NCBI RefSeq assembly: GCF_037042905.1
Contig: NC_087256.1
Span: 24,242,001 to 24,306,000 of the forward strand
DNA from: Lytechinus pictus
Taxonomy: Eukaryota
Direction: 5' to 3'
Length of the DNA stretch: 64,000 nucleotides
The first letter of the stretch is position 1. Each line of letters starts with the position of its first letter. The notes under the pieces are model-generated. The model was not told where the DNA came from, did no database searches, and was given only the letters and a program-made list of their open reading frames with translations. The translations under genes and the position numbers were made by a program. Below, piece by piece: positions 28,461 through 41,162 of this stretch.

Positions 28461-30093
28461 TATTATGTATTGTTATAAAAACGAATGATTAAATCAAAGA
28501 AAAAGAGGTTGGTGTAATATACACGTTTGCTCCGTCGGACTTGGTATTTATGTTGCTTTACTAGACCTCTATAAAAGAAAGAGTGAGAGGAAGGGAGAGA
28601 TAGACAGAGAGAAACAAAGTGGGAGAGGGACACAGAGAAAGCATCAGAGAAAGCATGACTTCATAATCATGACAGTTCAGAGAGATTCCATTGACCTTTA
28701 ACAGGTGCGGTATCACAACAATCTACATTCGCTAAAAGTGATGCAAATCTATGTCTTCCTGCCAACAACTTAGAAACCATGCAGGTGTTTCACCAATCTG
28801 CATATATAATGATTTTTACACAATATCTGGACTCGTTTGCATACGTCACTTGTTGCTAGGTCCAGTAAGCATCTGGTAGAATTTCAGGTTGGCAAGAAAA
28901 CCCTTTGTGTGAAAAGTATATAGGCCTGTGCATTTTTATTAATAAAAGATGCTACTCTAGATCTAATGTGAGAATGGAAACGCATCCAGTTTGCATTCTC
29001 ACAAAAGACCTGGTGGGTGTTTCATAAAGCTGTTCGTAAGTTAGGAGCGACTTTAAGAACGACTGGTGAACCTTTCTTACGCGCTAAACCATTGTCAATG
29101 ATGTATAGCATTTACCAAAAGAAAGGATCACCAGTCGTTCTTAAAGTCGCTCTTATCTTACGAACAGCTTTATGAAACACCCACCAGTTTTTATATACTC
29201 ATGAATAAACTTCTATAGTTGACTTTGAATGATCTGCATATATTTATTGGTGCTAATGAATGTGCTGAAGGCGATCAGACTTAACCGGGGGGGGCGGTTC
29301 ACGGCGGTTTGGCTCAGAAGTTGGATGCAATCAAAGCGCTTTCTCGTGTTTATTTTCTAATAGTTTGGGCAAATCACATTTAATGGGCAGTAAAGTGTTG
29401 TGTTTATTCCTTTCTTAGGCAAGCACAAAATTAAAACTTGCAAAACGTAAAAAGGTTAATGTCAATGGGATTGCAACTAGCTCGCCATTAGTTTGCGACT
29501 CCAGATTTTGCTGATTGCAGAGACGTCTCCGATACATCTATGAAACTTATTATTAACTTGTATTCTCCGAGGAGTCGCAAGAAAATCGAACATGCTCGAC
29601 ATTTTCCAGTCGACGCACTGGCATTCAGATGAGCTTGGGGTGCCATGCCCCCTCCCCCTCCCCTGAAATTTTTTTTTAATTCCGAGAAAAAAAATATTAA
29701 CATTATTTTTTAAGTAATATGTCAAAAACTACCATAAAATTATAGTATCGAATGAGACGGGTCTTCTTTTTTTTTACTCGCTCGCTTCGCTCACTCCGCT
29801 ACCCCTACAGCATATTTGACCCTTTTAATTTGTGTGGGCTTGTTACGCTACGTCTCCAAGACATGACGATCAACTGCAGAAGCGTCGTGGAGACTAATTT
29901 CATCCCCGACTGCTAAGACGACTCCGATGTCTCTATGGAGTCTGTGCGAAATATTTTTTAAAGAGTACATATAATGTTATAACGGCTTTTTTCGAGGAAA
30001 TGTGACTGAGGTATTTTTTATGAAATAATGAAATATGTCTGTTAACGTCTCAAGAGACTACAGTCGTGGAGACCTTTCCAACATAAATCTAAC

Positions 30094-30800
30094 CATGGAC
30101 CTATGAAGAGATGGACGATTAACGCGAGCATTTCTTTGGTCCAATGATAGTCACCGTCGCCTGGTTGGTGTTGTAACAATAGCAAAGACTACCAAGGCGT
30201 ATCTGATCACCCAAAGACGGAACAGTTTCCCGGTCTTGATTTTTGTTGGCTGATACCCTGTTTCAGCATGTGCCTTCCAGTCAACATGCTTCTTATTTGG
30301 AGCAGCAAATTTGAGAAGCAGACGATTTTTATGATATAAAATATGATATTATTCGATCTGCTAACTACCGCTCACACATAAGGACCTCAATAACATTGAG
30401 AGATACACGATCTATACGTTATGTACCACGTATATCTGGAATATTATGGAGAAACTTGGGAAAATTAAATTTTAATTGGTAAACAATCACACTACTACCT
30501 CTATATTAAAATATGCAGACATTTCCCCAAATAAAACACATGGAACTAAGATTACCAAAGGTAAACAAGAACTGCACATCGATTTTCCGTGATTTAAGTG
30601 ATTTGTTATCTATTGCGCATATAATTTGTGAAAAATAAAATAATGTCCAGTCACGAACTGCTTCATTCCCTTCTCACGGTGACGATCATAGGACCAAAGA
30701 AGACTAGTATGAAGAGAATGTTATTCAGATGACAATGACAGTCACCTGTTAGTGAATTCATTATCTACGCGATGAATGTCCATCTCTTCATAGGTCCATG
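30094..30800. mobile_element. Non-autonomous TIR element, P-element-like (CAT termini, 7-bp TSD)
   Basis: Perfect 23-bp TIR CATGGACCTATGAAGAGATGGAC; ATCTAAC duplicated (30087-30093, 30801-30807). Superfamily assignment is inference. Confidence 0.8.
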
Positions 30801-31014
30801 ATCTAACAAAGCGATGCATCGCTGATACGTCTGTTAAGGTCTTAAAGTGTTAACTACTGTTATAGCGTAACTCGCTCCCTAGCCTATTGAAAATGTGTCC
30901 AGTGTGTGTGCGCAGTGCCTCTGTGTTTGCTTCTGTGTTGTTTGGGATCGGATGCACGCATAGGATCCTCTACATGCACAAGCACACGATTGCCTCTAAT
31001 ATGCTGCACTTTTT

Positions 31015-31886
31015 TTTACCAAGTTACTATATGTCCTAAATTTCTTTTTATTTGTATTTTTAGAATGGACTTCAAACCAAAAAGGAGGAAAAACTTAACC
31101 AGAAGCATATAAAGTGGTTTGTGCGTGAATATTTTACAAATTAGAATAACATGGATTGAAAAAGGAAAGGCTGAAGCAGTGCTTAACATATTTTCATTTG
31201 GAGGGGGAGGCAAAGACATAAGGGAACTTATTTTCATCAGGTTATTATATGTATTGAATTTCTTTTATTTGTATTTTTAGAATGGACTTCAAACCAAAAA
31301 GAAGGAAAAACTTAACCACAAGCATATAAAGTGGTTTGTGCGTGAATATTTTACAAATTAGAATAACATGGATTGAAAAAGGAAAGGCTGGGGCAATGCT
31401 TAACATATTTTCATTTGGAGGGGGAGGCAAAGACATAAGGGAACTTATTTTCATCAGGTTATTATATGTATTGAATTTCTTTTATTTGTATTTTTAGAAT
31501 TGACTAAAAACGAAAAAAAAGGAGAAAAAAACTTAACCAGAAGCCTATAGAGTGTTTCGTGCGTGAACATTTTACAAATTAGAATAACATGGATTCAAAA
31601 AGTAAAAGCTGGGGCGGTGCTTAACATATTTTTATTTGGAGGGGGGTAGGCAAAGACAATAAAGGTACTTTAATACCAGGTTATCATATGTCTTAAATCT
31701 CTTTTTTATTTGTATTTTTAGAATGGACTACAAACCAAAAAGGAAGAAAAACTTAACCAGAATTAATAAAGTGTATTGTCCGTGAATATTTTAAAAATTA
31801 GAATAACATGGATTTTAAAAGTAAATCTGGGCCGGCACTTAACATATTTTCATTTGGAGAGAGGGGAGGCAAAGATAATAAGGGTA
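31015..31886. repeat. Tandem repeat, ~217-220 bp unit, four copies
   Basis: ATTTGTATTTTTAGAATGGAC..AAATTAGAATAACATGGATT..GGCAAAGAC recurs four times, with divergence increasing to the right. Confidence 0.9.
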
Positions 31887-33995
31887 CATATGTTTCCATT
31901 TGCATCTGGTGCAAACGTATAATGTTCCTATATGACACTGCTATCTGCGTGGAGTAGTTGGTTGTTTTTGTAGTAATTTGTAAGTTGAGGAAAGCCTTTT
32001 TTAACTGATTGCTGAGATATATAGACTCTTTTTTCCGCGAGAGAGTAGCGCTTTGGAAAAATTCCAATCTGAAGTTTCAAAACTCGCTTCATGGTGCTAT
32101 TCACTGTTGAGATAAAAGGGCATTAATTCTAATTATTGAGGTCGAATCACGACCTCAAACATTCGGACATTTCTTGTAATAAGACATGGAAATGAAACAT
32201 TTCGAGTATTTTTTAAATATGAAAAAAGATGTGTACCTAACTAAGGAATTAATGCCAGCTGTAGGTTCGAGCTGATTTTGTTTATATATAGGACCTTCTG
32301 ACCTGAAAAGGAACCTGATATGGTCAGCATTTAGTGACTTATGAATATGATAGGCCTACATATCTCGCCAATGAAATAATGCGAGCTCGAGGCTCGAGTT
32401 TAATATTTGTGATATCCCAACCCTGAAAACTGAAATTTTAAACATTTTTTTAACCAAAAATATATATAATGAACATTTGTTTAAAAAAAATAATTGATGC
32501 CAGCGCGAAACGCGAGGAAAAATTTGTTATTATTTCAAACTTAGATACTGGACATTCTAAACATTTTGAAAACCATAAACATGATAAGGTATACCTTACT
32601 CACTAATAATTGATAGAGCGCGAAGCACGTGCCAAAAATGTATTGATTTTCTAACCAAAAATGTATAATTTACTTCTAAAAACGTATATTCGTTAGAAAA
32701 AGACATATTTAATTTTGAAATGCATCCTATTTTGGAAAAGGATTAGTTTCCTGCGGCTATTATTATTTTTTTTTTTTTTGGGGGGGGGGTGGGGGGCACT
32801 TGGGGGTCATGTGTCCCCTGCTCCAAGTACGCGCCTCCCCTGTGATATAGTTATATCTCAATGTGTGACTAAATGATCAACACAGAACACTGAATTACCA
32901 CTTAAAATATGAATTGGGCAATAGATTATTTCTGGATTTCATTAGCTAATAGATTAAAGGTTCCCCCAAAGCTTGCTTAGTTTAAACCATAGCTGAAAAG
33001 CATATCGTTTTCCAAATACATAAAACTCAACAGTGATTGACTTGAAGAATTATTTTCTCTCTGTCTCTCCCTCTCTTTTTTTTTAAATCTTGCATCAGCT
33101 TTTTCATTTAAATTATTTTTGCACTTTTATATAATTTTTATTTGTGCCTCTCATTTGTATTTACATATGTAACATTGTGTAATTGTTCAATATATGCAGT
33201 CATTGTAAGCAGTGTTGGGCTAATTATATATTTTGATTTTACGAAAAATTATAGTTATATGCCTACTATTCGTATTTTCGGGATCTAGGGACCTTCTCCG
33301 ACTTATTGGACTTAGTTATTGAATACTTAGTTAATTTTCTATACACGTTCACTTTTTGAAATTGACATCTTAATCCAATTATTCTTTGTTTATCATGTAT
33401 GTATGTATGTATGTATTATTGTGAATTGTAATTCATCCAGTCACGGCAAAGTGTCAGATCAAGTTGTGGGCGGACTTGCTCCAGGGGCGGATTAGCCCCG
33501 CTCTCCCATACCTGATTTGTTAGATGTATCCTATTCATCAGTCACTAAATGCTTGCGCTTCGCGCTTGCGTAAATTCTTTAGTTATTTAATTAGATCAGA
33601 CATTTTTTTCATAACAAAAACTGGTCGTAATGTATTTTATTTTGTCTTATTACATAAAATATCCAGAAGTTTGAGATGGTGATTCGCGCTTGTAACATCT
33701 CGCAAAGGTGACATTTTGACATTAATATTCACCAAAAATCGAATTTCATTTTTTACAGATTTTTAAATTTTTCGGTAATCGTTTGCTCGCAGAAGAAATA
33801 AAGCATACATTTATGTGTAATCAATCACAAATCCCTTCAAAAAGGCTTTGCTCAAATTTAGTACCACAAAACTCACAATTACTTCACGCATATGATAATT
33901 TTTCGGTGAAAATATTCGTTTGCACCAAATGCCCATTTTGACATATAAGTTCCCTTTTTTGCTTCCCCCCCTCAACAAAAATACGTTCCACTGCC

Positions 33996-35551
33996 CAGCG
34001 GCGTAACAGAGGTCGGTGACCAGGGGGGGGGGGGCAAGAGCCAAAAATTTCCCGGTCATATAGCATACCGTATCCTCGTACTAGGCGTAATGGTGTAATG
34101 AGGCGACTATTTTGAGAGGGCCAGATATTGTGGATCGGGCAGAGTTTATCTTTTTAAAAATGTTGCGAGAATGCGAAGCGAGCGAGCAAAAAATTTGACA
34201 TTTTTAAATACAAAGAATCAATTTTGTGATAGATTTTGACATGATATCCAGAGAATATATATCAATCTTCTCTCTTTCCATTTCTTTTGTTGTGGTCTGT
34301 ATGCCACTGTGAATAGGATTTTTTGCAGCAGTAGCGTGAAGAGTAAAAAAAAAACAGGGGCGCAGTATGGCACATGTACTAAAAAGCTGCTTAATATAAA
34401 TCCCGAGCGAAGCGAGCGAGAAAAAAAAATCACCTTTTCATGAGAATCTAACTTTGCTATATTTTTTTACAATATATTCAGTAAATAAAATCATAGTCCT
34501 ACACTTTTTCTGTGCTTTTCTTTCCTCTTTTTTTGTTGCAGAACTTTTAGGGGCCATGGCCCAACCCTTCCATACTCACATACGACAGTGCTATGTGGTT
34601 GGGGTCCTGGGCGGAGCCCCCGGAACTTCTTGATATCAAAGCCATTTAAACCTCGCAGATTGCCGCCATTTTAATCGAATCGCGGGCATATACAGGATAT
34701 AGCTTTTACACAAAACATTCATTCAACCCAGTTGCGTAATGAACCAAATGTTTTGAGGGGGCAAAACATAGCGATGTGGGAAAATTTGTAGAAAGTCGCC
34801 AGCGAGCAAAGCGAGCTGGGAAAAAAAAATAATTATGTGATAGATTTTTCCATTATATTCAGCAAATAACACACTTAATTGTTTCCCTTCGTTTCATTAA
34901 TTTGTCTCCTATATTTCTTTTATTTCCCTTGGGTGTGGAACCAAGACCCCACGCCTGTACGCCAGTGATTGAACGAAAAGCTTAATGTAGGAAGGGTCCC
35001 TACAAGGGGGGGGGGGACGTTATAGAGCCATTTGAATGTTAGGCCTTTAGATGAGGAGCCCCTACTGCGTGGGGTCTGGGGCAAAGCTTTTTTGAATAAA
35101 ATTTAGCAAGCTTATAGCAGAATGTTATATGCATGCAGTCCGTCTTTCTTCCCGCTCTTTATATTCAATCCTCGGCAGCCCGGTCGTGTTATAAAGTATT
35201 TTTTTTCTTGTTCTTTGTTTTCCAATTTAGCTTTTGACGAAATCTATCTTCATTTCCCGCTATTATTTGCCTCTTTGTCATCTTTAAATTTATTCCCATC
35301 ATGCTATTGCTTTACTTAGGCCTATTTTGAAATGATTTGTTCTTTCTCGAATGTTCTTCTTTCGTTCCTTTTCCCGCTTTCCTTCCTTTTTCATAAAAAA
35401 ATAATAAGTTCTTCGTTTTCTTTTGATTTTCCCTTTCCTCCTTTCCTTTTCCCTTTTCCTCCCCCTTCCCTTTCTTCCCCCTCCCTTTTTTATTTTTCCC
35501 GTTTTTTTTTTCCCGGTGAAATCCCCCTGCCCCCCGCCTGTTACGCCACTG
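33996..35551. mobile_element. Non-autonomous hAT-type element containing a smaller nested element (about 34729-34967)
   Basis: TIR CAG(C/T)GGCGTAACAG; perfect TSD CCACTGCC (33988-33995, 35552-35559). Inner element CAGTTGCGTA..TACGCCAGTG has a degenerate TSD ATTCAACC/ATTGAACG. Confidence 0.8.
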
Positions 35552-35877
35552 CCACTGCCCCTGATACTTATTATCATAGGTTTTTCCGTTCAAATCATTT
35601 AGGAGTCACTTAAATTTATTAAAGTGCATTTAAATTCACGCGTTGTCGGTCATTGATAGTTTTTAATCAGACAATGGGATTAATTTGAAGACACTAGAAT
35701 TCATCTATAATCATTTCAATTAATATTTGTTCAAGACTATATCAAATTTGACTGTTGAACAGTGTTTGTCACGTGCTTTTGTTTTCGCTCTAAGACAAAG
35801 AGGTTCGTCAATGGTATTACAAGTTTGCTCTGTATTAATACTCACGTGTTTTATGGAATATTGATGGTACCGTCGGG

Positions 35878-38600
35878 CATGGTGTCGATCGGTATTCTTG
35901 ATTGGGGGGGATGATTGACACAAATATTCTTGTGGATGGGGATCTTATAATATTACCCCCACTAAAATCACAAGTTAGGACATTTAGGAGTGGTTGATAT
36001 GCATGGTGTTCTTGGAAATCCCTTCATTGTTGCAGTGTATTGTATTTAAATAATTTTTTTTTAATTCAATTTGTGTTATACAAGTAAGCCCAGTGGCGTA
36101 CCGTGGGTCATGGCATCGGGGGGCACCAGCAAAAAATTTGAGTCTGTGAGCACGCGAAGCGCGCTCAGTTGCCAGGTATACTGACCTAATAGACACATTT
36201 TAAGGACAGTGCCATATATTAAACAGATATGTATCTCACTGATGAAATAATGCGAGCGCGAAGCGCGAGCTTAAAATTTTTGATATTCGGACGTAAAAAG
36301 GGACATTATAATCAACTTTTTGTAATCATGATACGTACCTATCTCGCTAAACAGTGTGAGCGCGAAGCGCGAGCTGAAATTTTTGTATATATTGACCCCA
36401 AACAGGGAGATTTAAGGACTATATTTAAGGAATCCACTACATATCTCACCACAGTCATCTAATGCGAGTGCTAAGCGCTTGCTGATTTTGTTGAAATTAC
36501 ACATGAAGCACTTGAAGTCATTGTAATCATGATTATTAACATACGCATCGCAATAATCAAGTATTGCGAGCGCGAAGCGCGAGTTGAAAATTTAGGAAAT
36601 TCAGACCTGAAAAGGGGCATTCTAAAGTTTGTTTGTAGGAATTCATTAAGACCATACGTATTTCATTAACCAAATGATGCGAGCGCGAAGCGCGACCTGA
36701 AAAGTTTTGATATTGAGATCAGAAAAAGGGGCATTTTAAGGACTGATTATAGGAATTCATGGAGAGCAGACATATCTCACTAATGCGAACATAAGCACGG
36801 ACAAGAAATGTTTTATATTAAGACCTTAAAATGTGGCAATCACTTTAAGTAGTCATGAAAAGAAGCATACTATTGCACATAAAATAATAATTCGAAGTGC
36901 GAGGAAGTATATTGAAAACAGGAGGTTTTAGTACCACAGGATTATATATCTCGTCAAAATTAAACAGACAATGTGAGCACCAGGAACAATGAAGACATGG
37001 ACCCTAATCAAATTATGTTTCATAAAGTTATGGAAAAAAATGCGTCTTATGTAATATAACAGAATTATAGTATAATATAACATCATAATGAACAATAATT
37101 TCTTCTTTCCCATTACATTTCCCTTCCTCTCTCCCTCTTTTTCTCCTTTTCCTCGTTTTTTTTTTGTCAGCCGATTGGGTGCATGGGCATGTGCCCCCCA
37201 TGCCCCCCCCCCGTAGTTACCCCACTGAGTGAGCCTATTCTAAACTCATACGAAAGAAAAAATGACAAAAATTGTCTGGACCATGTACAAAGTGATCTGT
37301 TTATTGAGCATGATGTATACAACTTCTCTCTTAAATCTAACCCGACTGGCAATATCTTTTTTCTTCTTAATGCATGATGATAAAATGCAGATTCGGACAA
37401 ATTAAGACTAACACAAATTACAAACTGTGTGGCTTCTCGTGCGCCATCGGGCTTACCGTCATTCCTTAGACAATTTTAACCCTGGATTTTAACACGTTTT
37501 AAATGTTTTATAAGTGCATGAAACAAAAACAAACATAAAAACAATCAAAACTCAACTGTCATCTTATGATATTTCTCCAACATCTTCTTGACTCATCAGT
37601 GTGTAATATCAGTTAATATATGTGTTAAAATGAAATTAACATACCGCATGAGTGTGCTCATATAGAATGCAAAACTGTCATCCCTTTCCAAACTCAAAAA
37701 AAGATTTCTTTTTGCCAAAATAAGAAAAAATCAACCAAGTTTGGTTATTCAAGTCCATGACAATAACAAGAATAACATGGCAAAAAACCCCTCCGATGTT
37801 CATATTCGAAGATACGCTTTAGAGAGAAATGAATGATTATTCTTTCTGAGACCATAAATTGATTTCACTTATTAAAAAATTGTAAAAATATGATCATATT
37901 ATATTGAGCTCACTGAACCTCAATATTTTCATGAGAGGTATCTGATGGGGTCACATGATAAAATGTTTAATATTCAAAAGGGTTGTAGATTAAATGGGAC
38001 AAACATCATGCACTTGGATGTGGGGAGGGGTAAATCTGAGAAAAGTTGTTTGTATTTTTTCAAGATCTACCCCTCTAGGATTTACGTCCATGGAGGTTTC
38101 CCTGTTTATCTTGCCACCCTTTTCCACCCGTTTATTTTTCCACCCTTTTGAATTAATTGATTTGTTTAAATCAATTTATTCACCACTGGTGGGATGGAAC
38201 ACCCTATCAACAAAAGTTTTTTTTCGTCGGGGTCCTTTTATGTCATGTGTTTAAAAAATATCATATACCGGTACATAAACATTTCATTCATTTTCATCTT
38301 GAACCTGCACCCATCTGTTTAAAAGTCCTGGAAAAGAATGTTTTTATTTAATAACAATATACACAAATTGCGAGGGAAACAAACTGATTGATGGCATACT
38401 ATAATCATCACTATAATCATCATTATCAAACTTTTCATTTTTTCATCATCATTATTACAATTTTTCTACCCTGAATTATTTGGGGGGGGGGGGATGATAA
38501 TACAGGCCATCCCCCCCCCACTTGAAATATTGGGGGGTATATCCCCCACCCCCCCCACCCCCCCCCCACCCCCCCCCCCCCCCCGTGATCGACACCCATG
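35878..38600. mobile_element. Non-autonomous hAT-type element (outer)
   Basis: TIR CATGG(G)TGTCGATC; perfect 8-bp TSD CCGTCGGG (35870-35877, 38601-38608); subterminal sequence resembles 14539-16278. Confidence 0.85.
36091..37227 (+). mobile_element. CAGTGGCGTA-family hAT-type element, nested in 35878-38600
   Basis: Homologous to 14647-15857; TSD AGTAAGCC/AGTGAGCC. Confidence 0.88.
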
Positions 38601-39661
38601 CCGTCGGGGTACTGTGTACTACTGAATTGAAGTGATTTTCTCGCACAAACTCCCCATTCAGTGGGCGCGCGTACATTATAATTGCAATGGAACACTTTAT
38701 CGCGAACTTACCCGGCGAGTTACACGTTAAGCTCGGGTCGCCTTTAAGACCTTAACATACGTCGCTGAAACTAAGAAAAGTCTCGTAGTGTCTATAGGGA
38801 GACTTTGCAGCAACATCCACGTAACTGTCTTAAAGTGCAACTGCATTTTTCTCAAACTGTTGGAAAACGCTTTAAAAAAACGCTTAATAACAACACATAT
38901 TTTTCCGTTTATATATATTTTTTGTATCATTTTTTTTATTTTTCTTTATTTTCTTGGTCGTGGAATTTTCTTTATTATTTTTTTTCAGGGGAGGGGCCCA
39001 GTGCCCCTAAGCCTACATCTCAGTACACCAGTGACTTTCCCTGTCCCTTGTATACAGACATACCAGAAGCAGGTTGATGAGAATTAACAATTCTGACAAA
39101 CAGATCTTTTTAAATTTATTAATGAAACTGCTTATTTACTACTATTGCACTGAGATTCCAATATGTGAATTAATATACCATTGTCGATTCTACTAATGTC
39201 ATATTCATTAATAATCCTCTTCCTCTCATCCCCGCCTAATTCACTCTCTCTCTCTCTCTCTCCCTCCCCTTTTATTTTTCTTCATCTTCTCTCTTTCTAC
39301 CCCCAAACTAAAGTAACAATTTTCGCGAATGTAAATACTGCATATTACACGGTCTATGATTCTCGGTGTTAACCTGCCATCCACCCTTTAAAATAAATCA
39401 TAGCTCACATCAACTTCTAAATCATACCTTGGACTTTGGACCATCAGATAATAAATCGTCGACATTTATTGTTGTGTGGGCTTAATAGTGTATTTATCGT
39501 CTCGTCGCACTTAAAACGGGTTTGCTGTATGTTTTGTATTTTGTGGGAATAAACTGACATGGTCTCTGAAGCAATGACCTTCGATTTGAACGTCATGTTG
39601 GTAAATGCGCCATCTATTAACATATCTGATTTTATAATACATATATATTTACTGATGTGTC

Positions 39662-40847
39662 CAGTGGCGTAACTACGGGGGGGGCATGGGGGGGCACGTG
39701 CCCCCCCCCCCCCCCCCAATCGGCTGGCCAAAAAAAAAAAAAAAAAAAAAAAACGGAGAAAAGGAGGGAGAAAGGGAAAGAAACGTAGTGGGGAAAGAAG
39801 AAATTATTGTTAATTATAATGTTATATTATATTATAATTATGTTATGTTATATTACATTAAAAAATCATAACTTTATGAAACATAATTTGCGCAGGGCCT
39901 ATGTTTTCATTGTTCCTGGTGCTCGCATTGTCTGTTTAACAAGATTATGTAATCCTCTGTACTAAAATCTCCCGTTTTCAAGTCAATATACACCAAATAT
40001 ATTTCCTCGCACTTCGAATAATTATTGTTTAATGTAGTGCAATATGCTTCTTTTTCATGACTACTTAAAGCGATTGCCCCTTTTTAAGGTCTTAATATAA
40101 ACCATTTCCTGTCCGTGCTTACGTTCGCTTTCGTGGATTGGTGAGATATGTCTGTTCTTCATGAATTCCTAAAATCAGTCCTTAAAATGTCCCTTTTTCT
40201 GATCTGAATATCAAAAATTTTCAGCTTGCGCTTTGCGCTCGCATCATTTGGTTAGTGAAATACGCATGGTCATCGTGAATTCCTACAAGCAGGCCTTAGA
40301 ATGCCCCTCTTTAAGTCTGAATTTCCTAAATTTTCAGCTCGCGCTTCGCGCTCGCAACATTTGATTAGTGAGATGCGTATGATAATCATGATTACAATGA
40401 CTACCAGTGCTTCATGTGTTTAGATTTATATTATTCTTACAAAATCAGCAAGCTCTTGGCACTCGCATTAGATGACTATGGTGAGATATGTATACTGGAT
40501 TCCTAAAATATAGTCCTTAAGATGTCCCTGTTTGGGGTCAATATATACAAAAATTTCAGCTCGCGCTTCGCGCTCGCATTGTTTGTTTATCGAGACAGGT
40601 ATGTATTATGATTGCAAAAATTTGCTTATAATGTCCTTTTTTAGGTCTGAATATCAAAAAAAATTTGCTCGCGCTTCGCGCTCGCATTATGTGATCAGTG
40701 AGATACATAACCGTTTAATGGCACTGTCCTTAAAATGTATCTATTATGTCAGTATACCTGGCAACTGAGCGCGCTTCGCACGCTCTCTAAGTGACTCTAA
40801 ATTTTTGCTGGTGCCCCCCCAATGCTGTGACCCACGGTACGCCACTG
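39662..40847 (-). mobile_element. CAGTGGCGTA-family hAT-type element, reverse orientation
   Basis: TIRs present; perfect TSD GATGTGTC (39654-39661, 40848-40855). Confidence 0.9.
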
Positions 40848-41162
40848 GATGTGTCTACATAGGTCACATGTTAGCCTCATATTATTACGCAATAAACGTA
40901 GTCCTGATTAATTATATTTCAGGAAGTACGAAGAACCATACATTTTTCACGTTCCCATGCCTACTCATATTTTTGCTTATTACACCTTAGGGCTCCTATA
41001 GTCACTGATCTTGGCCCCGTAACTAAAGCTATTCATTGCATTGTTGAATTGAACTTTAGCTTGATTGCATTCATCATTATGAGCAATCAAGCGAACACGT
41101 CAACAATGCGATCACTCCCGGCGCTTTGTGTTAACGGACGATTTGATGACGTCACATGTTTC

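Larger units (their letters stand above)
1..30062. repeat. Tandem segmental duplication array; unit junctions at about 1132, 10899 and 21346, homology ending at 30062 (units 9767, 10447, 8716 bp)
   Basis: Near-identical sequence recurs at 1, ~9680, ~20123 and ~28852. The junction ..CAAGAGACTACA|AACATTCT occurs three times, versus ..CAAGAGACTACA|GTCGTGG at 30062. Length differences are largely explained by copy-specific TE insertions. Confidence 0.95.
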
